Source: a bacterium (lineage in GTDB: Bacteria > Electryoneota > JAOADG01). Taken from it: DNA of 64,000 nucleotides. Below, piece by piece: positions 48,774 to 59,363 of the stretch (positions are counted from its first letter, which is position 1; every line of letters starts with the position of its first letter). The translations under genes were made by a program, and so were the position numbers. The notes under the pieces are model-generated. The model saw nothing but the letters and a program-made list of their open reading frames with translations, was not told where the DNA came from and made no database searches. The DNA is taken from NCBI GenBank assembly GCA_963681965.1, contig OY820579.1, positions 3,616,001-3,680,000 of the forward strand, written 5' to 3'.

Positions 48774-50507
48774 CTAAAACTCCTGAATGATGCGGAATGA
48801 AACCTTGCCATCCAACGGTGAATCGAACCGTCCCCACCCCAAATCGAAACCGATCCGGCTCGATTTCAGTCCGATCAGCATTCCCGCTCCCCATCCCGCC
48901 ACTGTGGTCTGGGTCCGCAGGGAATCCCGCGTTCGTTCCAGAAAACCAATATCTGTAAAGAGATACGCGCGCGACGTCGAAAGAATCAACCACCGAGGCT
49001 CAATGGTTCCGATAGCATACCGCGTGGCATAAAACTCTTTCTCGCGATATCCCCGAACCGTACCGGGACCACCGACAGTAAAAAGATCCGGCAACGGTGG
49101 TGCTGGATCGGTCGACTCCAACTCCCCACCCCGAACGCCGAGCAGCAGTGAATAGTGACGTGCCATCGGAACCGATTGTTCCAGTGTCAGGGTCAATTTC
49201 CGGAGCTCGGCATGCTCCCGTAGGGCGTCACTGCGCTGTTGTTTGCTCCATTCCCAATTCACGCTACCCAGCAATCCCTGATACGGATTTGCCGGTCGAT
49301 CCCGATTGTCGAATGTTGCCGATAGCGAGATTCCGGTTGCGCCAATTTGTGAAAATCCAAGAACTTGCTGTGCAGCACTATCGGCACTGATCTCGCGAAA
49401 GAAACTACCGACTCCGACCGACCAATATTCGTTATACTGCCATACCCCGCGTGCTTCTCCCCGCAACTCGCTGTAGAGTGTATCACGCACCACGATTGCT
49501 CCGCTCAATTCCAGACTCACTGGCACCTGAAACAGCCACGGTTCTAGGTACCGAAACGAAAAATCCTGACTCTTACGGTCGGGACGCGACCAATCCACTG
49601 TGAGACGCCGGAATGAATGGAACAATTGCCCCATCGACAGGTGAATTCGCCCGGTTACAGTCCCTTTTTCCGTACCACGAGCCGGAACATACCCGACCGC
49701 ACCATCGATTTGTGTCGGATATTTGATTCGCCCACTGAATTGCAGCATCGTGACCGGACCCATTTTCACCAATCCGGGATTGCCCAAATCATCGAACCGC
49801 TCCGTTGACAGCAGATAGCGCCGGGCACGTGTTATCCGGTCGGGATTGTACCGTGAAGGAAAATGCAGTCGACTCTCGCGTCGCCACAGTTCCGGTCGAA
49901 TACCTTCACCGCCGGGTACCGACAGATCGTTGATCGTCACGATGTTGCCCTGATTGGGTGTCGCCACCAGATTGATTCGCACTGCCGACGAATCTTCTCG
50001 AATCGATCCGCTATCGATCGTGACCGAGGCAAGAGGATAACCTTTCCGCGCTTTGTTATCGAGCCAATCGTCGACCACCGCTACGATTTGCGCGGCATCG
50101 AATCCGGCATTCTTCGATGTGTCGATTCCGACCCACTCCAGCGTATCGGCAGCCGAGCGAAGCGATTGCAAATTTACCGGCACTGCATGCGACCAATACA
50201 ATCGCAAATCGCCACCGTACTTTTTCGACAACCAGAGTGCCGAATCCAATCTGATTGCGGGAAATCCCGTATGAATCAACCGCTCGACACACGTTGCCAA
50301 CGCTTGCTGCAATCGATTGGAGTCGATATCGTCGCCGATTTGCAGCGGGAAACTACTCTGACGAACACTCTTCGCAATGCGGTCGGCACCATGCCATTCC
50401 ACCTTCAGCAATTCACCGCCGATCGTCGCAGCAGCCGCAGCCGATGCGCTTCCGATAAATAATACCGGGAGTAGAATCAAGAGCAGTGTGTTGCGAAGAT
50501 AATTCAT
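48774..50507 (-). CDS. BamA/TamA-like POTRA + Omp85 barrel protein
   Basis: Signal peptide, POTRA-like KGYPLA, YLEPWLF, GGPGTVRGY and C-terminal Phe. Confidence 0.82.
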   Translation of the reverse strand: MNYLRNTLLLILLPVLFIGSASAAAAATIGGELLKVEWHGADRIAKSVRQSSFPLQIGDDIDSNRLQQALATCVERLIHTGFPAIRLDSALWLSKKYGGDLRLYWSHAVPVNLQSLRSAADTLEWVGIDTSKNAGFDAAQIVAVVDDWLDNKARKGYPLASVTIDSGSIREDSSAVRINLVATPNQGNIVTINDLSVPGGEGIRPELWRRESRLHFPSRYNPDRITRARRYLLSTERFDDLGNPGLVKMGPVTMLQFSGRIKYPTQIDGAVGYVPARGTEKGTVTGRIHLSMGQLFHSFRRLTVDWSRPDRKSQDFSFRYLEPWLFQVPVSLELSGAIVVRDTLYSELRGEARGVWQYNEYWSVGVGSFFREISADSAAQQVLGFSQIGATGISLSATFDNRDRPANPYQGLLGSVNWEWSKQQRSDALREHAELRKLTLTLEQSVPMARHYSLLLGVRGGELESTDPAPPLPDLFTVGGPGTVRGYREKEFYATRYAIGTIEPRWLILSTSRAYLFTDIGFLERTRDSLRTQTTVAGWGAGMLIGLKSSRIGFDLGWGRFDSPLDGKVSFRIIQEF

Positions 50508-50522
50508 ATTGTATACTATTTA

Positions 50523-53500
50523 TTAAAAGTACGCCGTCATTTCGGCGCGCCCTTCGTGAATCACCGACGTGGCATTGTCTTTGATGCCTCGATAACTGAT
50601 ACTACCGTTCACATTCGCGCCCAGCCGCATATCGCCGCGAACCGACCAGCGCCAATTGCTGCCGCGTTGTCTGCCCGATGTTAATTCGTAGGGCAATACG
50701 ACCGTGGCATCGGTAATGATCGATCGGAATTCGACATCGGCATATATCCGACCGGAATTCTTCAAGAAATAGGTGTAGCTCGGCAAAGCTCCGAACTCCC
50801 ACCATTTCAAATTGGTGGCACGATCCTTGACATAATTCGCCGTGCCGTCCATCCGCCATTCGTGTTTGAATTTGTAGCGATATCCGATCGATGGCAGCAA
50901 CCGGTAGCTGAGGGCGTCGCGCGATGCGAGTGTCGTTGCGATATAGTTGCGCCATTGCCACTCGCGCTGCGTCTCGCACGAATATGTCACCGGATTGGAA
51001 GTATTCGACCGGAACAGCAGCGACCACAATTCAAACCGCCGATCCTGTCCACCACTCACATACAGATTGTTACGCTCGCGCAACGTATTCCACCGCAATC
51101 GCCAGAGTTGTCGGCGGGGCGTGTCATAGGAGATTTCCTGTCGCAACTCCTGCTTTCCGTATAACGTCGAATCGCCGATGAATTTTCGGAGATCGAGAAA
51201 GATGATCGGTAATGTATGTTCGGTCTTGGTCTGTTCGGCAATTTCAATACGGGTATCGGTCGATATTCCGGGAAGCGGGAATGGTTCGAACCGCTCCCAG
51301 CGCATCCGGTAGCCCACAGTGGCGTTGAGTTCCAGTACCGGTGCATAATCGCCGGATGGTCGCGTGTAGACAACCCATTCGCCATCGGAACTGGGAATAA
51401 ATTGATTCCCGACCCGGATATATTCCCCCTTACCGCGTCCTACCGAATCCGCTACCACCACCAATCGCGAACTACGCGTCTTGTTCAGCGAATAACTCCA
51501 TTCGCCCGACTGCGAATTCGCTTGATCGTGCGCGGTACCGGTCGACTTGATCAGATCGACGATCACCGACGAGGCGGAATCCGCGGAGGCTTGATAGTAC
51601 CGAGTCTCATTGTGATTCCATTCGGTATTCGTCTCGAACAAATTCGATGATGCCGTATGCACAAATTGCGAACCAAAGGCGCGAAGCGATGGCTTCATTT
51701 TGTCTGTCAAGCGCGTCCAATCGTTCCGCCAAGTCGATTGCAACGAGATCGCATGGATCCCAATTCGTTCGATTACAAAATCTGCCTGATGCGTATACTT
51801 CCGGTAACCGGTTTTCATTGACTGCAAAGCATTCACTTCGCGGTCTTCGTAATGCGTGGTATAGGCAGGATGGAAGATCCCGAATTTCCACGCTTGACGA
51901 TGATTGAGGAAAAGCAGTCGATCGCTCGATTGTAAGTCGCTGTTATCGACATCGATCCGATCGAAGCTGGTAGTCGTCGCAACCAGTGGTATCATGTAGG
52001 TGATGCCGGATCCAAATCGCGTCGACTTCGAACCGTCGCTGCGCACCTGATCGCCGACATCCGATTGTACACGCAGTGCGCGGATCGGATTGATTCCGAG
52101 ATTCGCTTCTCGGGTAATCTCACCGACCGTACCCATCGTATCGGTCGAACCCCAGCGCCGATACTCGTCGATTGCTGTGGTTCGTTCCAGTGCCCGGAAA
52201 TTCGACTCGATTTCCCGATAGCTAGTACCCAGCGACCAGCGCGAATAGCCGTTCTCTGCCGGTTGCACGTAGCTGGCATCCCAGATGATCGCACCGCCTT
52301 TCCGCTCGACATTGCGGGAAGACAATTGATTCGGATTGAAATTCGAATACGCTGACTCCATCGACAATGTCATACCGTCGATTGGTTTCAATTTTGATCG
52401 TACACCGATTAAATCGTGTTGTTCCGGCAGTGGTACCCGAATTCGTGGCAGATAATTTCCCCGACCTTTACCAACGAAGACATAAATCGTTCGTGCTGCC
52501 GTGACACTGAAATCCTGATTGTAATCGCCGGCACCGGGAAACCGCGAGAAGACTACTTGCCAGTAACCACTCGATGTTCCCCCAACAGTTGCCGGTTCGA
52601 CAAACACAAAGATCGAATCGTTGCTGAAGACATCGAAGATTTTATTGTAATCGCTCTTGCCGGTACTATCGTATTTCGCTCCCTCGAATTCCGCCGCATT
52701 CGGGTCGTCACCCGCTCTCGAAAGCGCACCACGCGCATCGTTATCGAGTGAAAAACTGACGGGATTCGAGGTATTGTCCGCTTCGTGGAAATAGTCGACG
52801 CCGATATCGAAGATTTTTCCCGGTGTGCGTCCACCGGCGTGGGTCGCGACGATACCGCGATTGTAATTTCCGGGAATCGTTTCATATTCGACAATCAATC
52901 TGGAGTCGTCGTGGATCGGTCGTTTCGGAGTGAATTTCAATTCGCCGGTAGAATAATCGACGGTATAGTCTTCGGTTTCGCCACGCGTCAATTGCGAACC
53001 ATCGAGATACACTTTTTCCGATCCCGGTACGACCGGAACATTCAAATTGTTCGCTTCATCCGATAGGATATACGGTCCCTGATTTCCTTCACTCGGTTGC
53101 AAGATGATCGTGCGAAACTTCGCGCGGGTGATCGCACCGCTCGCCTGCACATCCCAGCGCGGTTGACGCCACTGAAAATCCGCCCCTTGCACTTGCCGGG
53201 TGGTGGTGGCAAATCGATTCCCTTTACCGAATTCAAGTCCGTAATCCCCCATCGTGACTGTTGCCGAAGGGGATTTCGCTTGAATATAAATCTTGTCAAA
53301 TTCGCGCAGTGTTTTCGTATTCCCTTCGGGGGGAATATCGTTGCTCTGATCCGACAACGCCGCATGAATTTCTACATCCTGCGATATTTTCCCGTCGATC
53401 TGCAATCGCAATGCCGATTCAATTCCGACATCCTGACCCGTTCCAACCGTCACTGCGCGTAAGAGACTTCCCGATCGACTTAACTTCGCATCGGCGTTCT

Positions 53501-53921
53501 GTTCGTCTTCCACTTCTTTGCGATCGACCGCTTGAAAATTCTGATTGGCAGCTCCAATCGAATCGGGTGAAACCAGTGGCTTCAACTCCATTCGGAACAG
53601 TCGGCGATCCAATCCCAGTGCGGCAGCGCGATACTTCAGTTGTAAATCGACACCGGGTTGAGGCATAATGAGCCATAATTTTCCGGCAATTTCATCGATC
53701 CGATAATCGATTCCCGATATCAATAGTCGTTCGCCGGCATAGAGTGTATCGGTTCCATGAAATAGATAGGAATAGGGGAGAACAAACGGTCCGAGCGAAT
53801 CACCCGGCGTAATGCTGTATTCGTGGTGACTGGGATCGCGACCGGGCAACATCACGGCGGGTGCTTCCACCGCGAGCACCGGACCAACCAATAAAAGCAG
53901 CAATAGCAGGATCAGCGCCAT
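50523..53921 (-). CDS. Large secreted/outer-membrane protein with SprA-like motifs
   Basis: Start moved to ATG 53921 (MALILLLLL signal peptide). GSEKVYLDG..DYTVDYSTGELKF and GIDYRID motifs. Long amphipathic beta C-terminus ending MTAYF. Confidence 0.7.
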   Translation of the reverse strand: MALILLLLLLLVGPVLAVEAPAVMLPGRDPSHHEYSITPGDSLGPFVLPYSYLFHGTDTLYAGERLLISGIDYRIDEIAGKLWLIMPQPGVDLQLKYRAAALGLDRRLFRMELKPLVSPDSIGAANQNFQAVDRKEVEDEQNADAKLSRSGSLLRAVTVGTGQDVGIESALRLQIDGKISQDVEIHAALSDQSNDIPPEGNTKTLREFDKIYIQAKSPSATVTMGDYGLEFGKGNRFATTTRQVQGADFQWRQPRWDVQASGAITRAKFRTIILQPSEGNQGPYILSDEANNLNVPVVPGSEKVYLDGSQLTRGETEDYTVDYSTGELKFTPKRPIHDDSRLIVEYETIPGNYNRGIVATHAGGRTPGKIFDIGVDYFHEADNTSNPVSFSLDNDARGALSRAGDDPNAAEFEGAKYDSTGKSDYNKIFDVFSNDSIFVFVEPATVGGTSSGYWQVVFSRFPGAGDYNQDFSVTAARTIYVFVGKGRGNYLPRIRVPLPEQHDLIGVRSKLKPIDGMTLSMESAYSNFNPNQLSSRNVERKGGAIIWDASYVQPAENGYSRWSLGTSYREIESNFRALERTTAIDEYRRWGSTDTMGTVGEITREANLGINPIRALRVQSDVGDQVRSDGSKSTRFGSGITYMIPLVATTTSFDRIDVDNSDLQSSDRLLFLNHRQAWKFGIFHPAYTTHYEDREVNALQSMKTGYRKYTHQADFVIERIGIHAISLQSTWRNDWTRLTDKMKPSLRAFGSQFVHTASSNLFETNTEWNHNETRYYQASADSASSVIVDLIKSTGTAHDQANSQSGEWSYSLNKTRSSRLVVVADSVGRGKGEYIRVGNQFIPSSDGEWVVYTRPSGDYAPVLELNATVGYRMRWERFEPFPLPGISTDTRIEIAEQTKTEHTLPIIFLDLRKFIGDSTLYGKQELRQEISYDTPRRQLWRLRWNTLRERNNLYVSGGQDRRFELWSLLFRSNTSNPVTYSCETQREWQWRNYIATTLASRDALSYRLLPSIGYRYKFKHEWRMDGTANYVKDRATNLKWWEFGALPSYTYFLKNSGRIYADVEFRSIITDATVVLPYELTSGRQRGSNWRWSVRGDMRLGANVNGSISYRGIKDNATSVIHEGRAEMTAYF

Positions 53922-54778
53922 CGGATAATACGAACCCCTTCGGAAGCAATGAGCGCGATATGCGATTCGGAAACAGCGGCAGCGGATACTTGATCCAGTG
54001 CAATATCGATCGGGGTGACGGTTTGTTTTTCCGTAAAGGTGTAAAGTGCTTTGGCGGTAAGCAGTGCATAAGAATTGGTGCTGTATGGTGCCAGCAATTT
54101 CGCGGCAATCGTATCGGCAAGTTCCACCCAATGACGCCCGGCACCATACCGCGTGATTGCCAGCAATTGCCTGCCGGGTAGCTGATTATCGAACAAAATG
54201 AAAACCGAATCGCGTGCCGCGACAATCGTTTTCACCGGATCCGATTCCGGCAGCGACACACGCCATGCTTCCCGCCCGAATAAATCGAATGCCAGCAGAT
54301 CGTTGCGATCCCGATCGATCAATAAAATCTCGCCGAAATTCGTTACCGTTAAACACGTTGCCAAGCGAAGGCGATACTCTTCAGGCAATTGAATCGTATT
54401 GACCAATTCGAACCGCCGATTGATCCGCAGCAATTGGTGCGTACTGCGATCGAAACACCAGAACCCGACACCATCGCGCGCCAATGCAATCGGTTCGCGC
54501 AATTTTCCGGGAAATGTCACTTTGCGAACATTCAATGCGGTATCGATTACCGACAATTCGCCGGTTGTGGCATCGGCAACCAACCATTGATCGTCTCCGA
54601 AGAATACGATCGATTGTGCGCGAATCCATTGGTTCGGTTCGGCGTGTACAGCAGGAATGACTAGCATATAAAACATAACGACGGCAATCAACAATCTTAA
54701 CTCAAACCGCGATCCCTGCATGCTGGTTGAAGCATTTATTCTGCTCGATTTCATGGAATCCTCGAACGCATAATACAA
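53912..54778 (-). CDS. Secreted NHL-like beta-propeller protein
   Basis: Signal/TM segment, then EPIALARD..WCFDR and LTVTNFGEILLIDR blades. Overlaps the next gene by 10 nt. Start uncertain. Confidence 0.65.
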   Translation of the reverse strand: MYYAFEDSMKSSRINASTSMQGSRFELRLLIAVVMFYMLVIPAVHAEPNQWIRAQSIVFFGDDQWLVADATTGELSVIDTALNVRKVTFPGKLREPIALARDGVGFWCFDRSTHQLLRINRRFELVNTIQLPEEYRLRLATCLTVTNFGEILLIDRDRNDLLAFDLFGREAWRVSLPESDPVKTIVAARDSVFILFDNQLPGRQLLAITRYGAGRHWVELADTIAAKLLAPYSTNSYALLTAKALYTFTEKQTVTPIDIALDQVSAAAVSESHIALIASEGVRIIRWR

Positions 54779-54843
54779 CTTGGGCGCACCGGTATGGCGC
54801 GCCCGAAATATGCATCGTGACGTTTCATATCCGACACGAATAA

Positions 54844-56322
54844 TTACTTCTCCATCAATTCCCGGAAAATCTGTTCGTACTTGCGTGCACTGACTTCCCA
54901 GGAGTGATCGTCTTGCATGCCATTCACCCGAATCGCGTGTAGGATCGGGGGATTGTTGTAATAGGATAGCGCTCGTTTACAGGCTTTGATGAGTCCGGAT
55001 GCGACATTTTCCTTGAATACAATACCATTTCCGGCTTTCGTCTTTTCATTGAAATCGGATACGGAATCGACTAAACCACCTACCGGTCGAACGATCGGAA
55101 TCGTACCATACTGCAAACTGTACATCTGATTTAGTCCGCACGGTTCGTAGCGCGACGGCATCAGGAAAAAATCCGATGCCGCTTCGATCCGATGTGCCAT
55201 CGCATCGTCGAAATCGAGCGAGACCGAAACGTGTGCGGGATGTTTCTTTTTCAATTCAATCAGCTTATCGGCAAATTTCGCTTCGCCGACACCTAGAATG
55301 ACAATTTGTGCACCTTGCCCAACCAAATCCGGAATCGTATCGATGATTAAATCGATGCCCTTTTGCTCGCTTAACCGACCGATCATCCCGAACATCGGCA
55401 TGGCTGTATCGTTCTTCAATCCGAGTTCGACTTGTAGCATCTGCTTGCAGCGCGTTTTGCCCGTCAAATTCGCTACCGAATAATGTGCCGGAGTATCGGC
55501 ATCCTTCTCGGGATCCCAAACATCGGTATCGATCCCATTCAGGATTCCGACTAAATCTTTTTTCCGATGTTTTAGTACCGCATCCAACCCGCGACCCACT
55601 TCAAGTGTCTGGATCTCTTTGGCATAGGTCGGCGACACCGTGATAATCTTGTCCGCCGTAACGATTCCCGCTTTCAGGAAATTCAATTTGCCGGCAAGTT
55701 CAAGAGTACCGTTCGTCGCATAATCTTTTTTATCGGCATGAATTAAATCGGCATATTCGATCGGGAACGAACCTTGGTACGCTAAATTATGAATCGCCAT
55801 CACCGTTTTCGTTTTAGCGAAGAACGGGTTTTTGTGGAATTTCTTCTTTAATAAATAGGGAATTAATGCTGTCTGCCAGTCATTGCATAAAATAATATCC
55901 GGCGCCCAGTGCAAGGTTTCAAGGGCAACGAACATGCCCAGATTGAACATCGCGAATCGTTCGACATTGTCCGACCAATCCTCATTGGTTACCGGGTCGG
56001 CATAGAGACCGTCGCGATCGAAGAAGCCACGGTGTTCCATCAAATACACTTGAACGCGTTCCGGCAAGAGTGCTGCCGATCGGAGCGCAAACAGCTCCTG
56101 CTGATCGCCCAGCATCACCGGAATTTCCGACAATCGTTTCACTTCCCGAAGACTATGTTTTCGATCGCGAATCACACGATATTTCGGGAGTAGGATGCGA
56201 ATATCGTGACCAAAGGTCTTCAACCGTTTCGGTAATGCGCCCGATACGTCGGCTAATCCTCCAGTCTTGGCAAATGGTACCACTTCCGGCGACACCAGAA
56301 GGATACGCAGTGGTTCGGACAT
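54844..56322 (-). CDS. glgA: Glycogen synthase
   Basis: PFAKTGGLADV, NDWQT, IHNLAYQG, RLSEQKG and MPSRYEPCGLNQ motifs. Confidence 0.95.
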   Translation of the reverse strand: MSEPLRILLVSPEVVPFAKTGGLADVSGALPKRLKTFGHDIRILLPKYRVIRDRKHSLREVKRLSEIPVMLGDQQELFALRSAALLPERVQVYLMEHRGFFDRDGLYADPVTNEDWSDNVERFAMFNLGMFVALETLHWAPDIILCNDWQTALIPYLLKKKFHKNPFFAKTKTVMAIHNLAYQGSFPIEYADLIHADKKDYATNGTLELAGKLNFLKAGIVTADKIITVSPTYAKEIQTLEVGRGLDAVLKHRKKDLVGILNGIDTDVWDPEKDADTPAHYSVANLTGKTRCKQMLQVELGLKNDTAMPMFGMIGRLSEQKGIDLIIDTIPDLVGQGAQIVILGVGEAKFADKLIELKKKHPAHVSVSLDFDDAMAHRIEAASDFFLMPSRYEPCGLNQMYSLQYGTIPIVRPVGGLVDSVSDFNEKTKAGNGIVFKENVASGLIKACKRALSYYNNPPILHAIRVNGMQDDHSWEVSARKYEQIFRELMEK

Positions 56323-56368
56323 TCTTCAATCCATCCCAGTAGTATAAATTTCTTGTTTCGTCATGCCG

Positions 56369-58030
56369 TCAGTCGACGATAGTGTCGATATCCGGCGGTT
56401 TATTTTCCTCGGTAGCCATCGGAACAAATTCGCCTGCGCCCTGACAGAGGTAGACCCGGTTCCGACCGTTCTGCTTCGCTTGATACAGTGCCATATCGGC
56501 AAGATGGATCAATTCCTCGGGCGATTTCACTTCGACAGTAGTACAGGACAAACCGATACTGATGGTAATATGTCCTTCGGGTTGTTTATGAGCATTGACA
56601 AAACTGAACGTTTCGACAATAAACCGCAGTTTGTCCGCTAACGCCGAAGCACCTTCCATCGATGCACCGGGCAGGATGATCGCAAATTCTTCGCCACCGT
56701 ATCGCGCCACAAAGTCGGTTTCGCGCACCGATCGTTTCAACAAATCGGCAATACCGCGCAAGACCTGATCGCCCTGAAGGTGTCCTTCCCGGTCGTTATA
56801 AATTTTGAAATGATCCACGTCGATCATCATTAATGCGACTTCGACGCCAAACCGTTGGAACCGCTTGAATTCGCGCGAGAGCTGATCCGAAAAGGCACGA
56901 CGGTTGTTCACGCCGGTTAATCCATCAACCGATGCCATCTGACTGAGCGACGAGAACAGCCGGGCATTTGCCAAGCTGCGGGTGAAGAGTTCCGCCATAT
57001 CGCTCAACCATTCCAGATCGCGATCGTTAACCCGATTCGTTTCACGGAAAAACAGCTTTAATATTCCGTGAACGCGACGCTCGTACACCAGTGGAAGAAT
57101 TACTGCGCTTTTCAGTTCGGTGATGAACAGTAGTTTGGGGTTCAGAACTGCATCTTCTTTAATCAAATCGGATATCAATACCGCATGTCGATGTCGATAG
57201 ATTGCACGCAGGATCGACGTTTGCAGTTCCAATGTCATCATCTTGCCGCCGTACTTCGTATCGTTGCGGCGCCAGGTAAATCGTTCGACAAATTTTTGTT
57301 TATCGCGATCGAATAGTTGGAGTTCGAAAAAGTCGAAATTGATTGCTTCTTTAAATCGGTCGGTAGCCACTGGAAGTAATTTTCCCAAATCCAATTCCCA
57401 AGCGATCGAATTGGCAAACGAATTCATTCGATCCGACCAGAGGATTCGGAAATCGCGATGTTCGTTACTCTCGTTGAAATGTTCAAGTAGATTCGTAATC
57501 AGTTGGAAGCGACTGCCGGAATTTGACAACTCCAGCCACATCGGATCGATTTTCTCGCCGTACCAATAGGTATGCAGCGCCGAAGAGATGGTCGTGGGAT
57601 CGGACGATACCCAAGTGGTGAAAACCGGTTCCTGCATTTCACGGGTCGAGAGATAGTCGGTCACGATAATCGTGATCGACCAACCCGATGTACAAAACCC
57701 AAAAAAGAATCCAATTTCCGGAACGTTTTGATGAAGAAACGGTAAGGTTTTCGATTGAGTCTTACCGTCGGTTCCGCGTCGAATCGATGTCCAACCGGCT
57801 TCGATCCAATCGTCAGTCACGCGAAAGTTCGGGAGTTTGTTCCGAATTTCTTCGGATTGCCAGCAAAATAGATCAAATGGTTCAGCGGGATTCGCTTCTA
57901 AAGTACTGCCAATCGAATAGAGTAACTGAAGAAAGGTGGTTTTTTTCAGAGGGAGTGAAATCATTCCGGGAAACGGGGGTTCACTCGCGGCAATCGCTTT
58001 TCCCAGCTTGCGCGGTTTCACTGACTGCAC
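56369..58030 (-). CDS. Sensor-GAF-GGDEF diguanylate cyclase
   Basis: DGLTGVNNRR, DVDHFKIYND, GHLQGD, RETD I-site and GGEEF. GAF domain upstream. Confidence 0.92.
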   Translation of the reverse strand: MQSVKPRKLGKAIAASEPPFPGMISLPLKKTTFLQLLYSIGSTLEANPAEPFDLFCWQSEEIRNKLPNFRVTDDWIEAGWTSIRRGTDGKTQSKTLPFLHQNVPEIGFFFGFCTSGWSITIIVTDYLSTREMQEPVFTTWVSSDPTTISSALHTYWYGEKIDPMWLELSNSGSRFQLITNLLEHFNESNEHRDFRILWSDRMNSFANSIAWELDLGKLLPVATDRFKEAINFDFFELQLFDRDKQKFVERFTWRRNDTKYGGKMMTLELQTSILRAIYRHRHAVLISDLIKEDAVLNPKLLFITELKSAVILPLVYERRVHGILKLFFRETNRVNDRDLEWLSDMAELFTRSLANARLFSSLSQMASVDGLTGVNNRRAFSDQLSREFKRFQRFGVEVALMMIDVDHFKIYNDREGHLQGDQVLRGIADLLKRSVRETDFVARYGGEEFAIILPGASMEGASALADKLRFIVETFSFVNAHKQPEGHITISIGLSCTTVEVKSPEELIHLADMALYQAKQNGRNRVYLCQGAGEFVPMATEENKPPDIDTIVD

Positions 58031-58275
58031 TAATCCTCCCGTTGTGGTTCACCTATGGTAATGAATTGATGAATATAAAGGACTTAGTCGAAACCACAGC
58101 TCTCAAAAAGTACGAATTGTCCCGAAAATAATGTAACCACGATTCTCGCGCGCTCAAAGTAACCGGAGAAAAAAAATGAAATTCATAAGGTGATTTATCC
58201 CACATTTTGCGGTTTAACCACTAATAAATCAAAGGTTCGGTTTTTATTGTAGGATTAAATGCAATAATAAAAATA

Positions 58276-58857
58276 TTACTGCGCTTCAGATGCTGTCAAT
58301 AATACTTTTCGATAGACCGGATACATCTCATGATCCCGTTCGAGTTTGAATCCTGCCTTTTCGTAAATTGACAGAGGTCCGGTCCAGAGATCGTCCTGAT
58401 TGACCCGATCCTCCCACTTCACCGGGAAAGCTTCGACGGATTCAAAACCACTCTGCTGCAAATCCGCTAATAGCAATTTCAGAAACGGGAGCGTTAAACC
58501 CCGATTGCGGAATTCGGCGACGAGATACCAACAGGTGATCGCGGCGCAGTGCCGATCCGGTTTCCGCCGAAATTGTTTGGTCAATTTGGTGAAGCGATCG
58601 CGATTGCAGACTTGCACCCACCCGATCGGTTTGTTATCGCCGTAGAGCAGATATCCGTCATATTGACCGGTTGTCATCAGTTCTTCACGCTGCGTGCGAT
58701 TCTCTTCGGCAGTTCGATCCGACCACGACTCCCAGTCGGGTGACCACCACGCCATACAGTAGCAGTAGTCATGCCCGCTAGCAGTACCGTGAATGCGGTA
58801 GAAATCGTCTTTCGTTTCCGCCGAGAGCGGTACAATCGTTAGTGTGGGGGTGTGCAT
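58276..58857 (-). CDS. GNAT family N-acetyltransferase
   Basis: CYCMAW, PIGWVQ, ITCWY..FRNRG, VEAFP and YEKAGF motifs. ATG 58857 behind GAGGT. Confidence 0.85.
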   Translation of the reverse strand: MHTPTLTIVPLSAETKDDFYRIHGTASGHDYCYCMAWWSPDWESWSDRTAEENRTQREELMTTGQYDGYLLYGDNKPIGWVQVCNRDRFTKLTKQFRRKPDRHCAAITCWYLVAEFRNRGLTLPFLKLLLADLQQSGFESVEAFPVKWEDRVNQDDLWTGPLSIYEKAGFKLERDHEMYPVYRKVLLTASEAQ

Positions 58858-58914
58858 CGATACCTCTGAATTGTATTCACTAGTGGCGCAAGCCTCCAAG
58901 CCTGCGATTGCCTT

Positions 58915-59144
58915 GCAGTACTGCCGATCTCCGAATCGGCTCTTTTGTCTGTTTATCCTTTTCGCTTCTCAATCGGTAAAGATATAAAAGATTACAAGAT
59001 GCCCAATCGGAGTTGGGCAGTACTGCCGATCTCCGAATCGGCTCTTTTGTCTGTTTATCCTTTTCGCTTTTCAATCGGTAAAGATATAAAAGATTACAAG
59101 ATGCCCAATCGGAGTTGGGCAGTACTGCCGATCTCCGAATCGGC
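58915..59144. repeat. Tandem repeat, 102-bp unit x about 2.25, built from REP-like hairpins
   Basis: GCAGTACTGCCGATCTCCGAATCGGC at 58915, 59017 and 59119. The two intervening sequences differ at one base. Confidence 0.92.
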
Positions 59145-59363
59145 ATTCTTTTTTATCTTCTCGCAATTCCCAACACTCATTCTCGGCATCGGGCACTGCT
59201 TGCTGCACGAGTCGAATGCGATTGCTTTCGGCGAGTACTTTGTGGATCGCCGCTAAGGAAAAGAGAAAATAAAACGCGGCTAAATGAAGCCGCGCGAGAA
59301 TAAGCAAAATTGTCTGTAATTAAAATACTAAAGAAAGTGAATTAAATCTATCTACCCCTCCAT

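Noticed and set aside
53922-54131. Cys-rich N-terminal extension of the 1202-aa ORF
   Set aside because: It overlaps the upstream gene out of frame. The signal peptide begins at ATG 53921.
58915-59144. CRISPR array (three palindromic 26-bp repeats at regular spacing)
   Set aside because: The 76-bp spacers are near-identical to each other and too long, and there are no cas genes. It is a tandem duplication.
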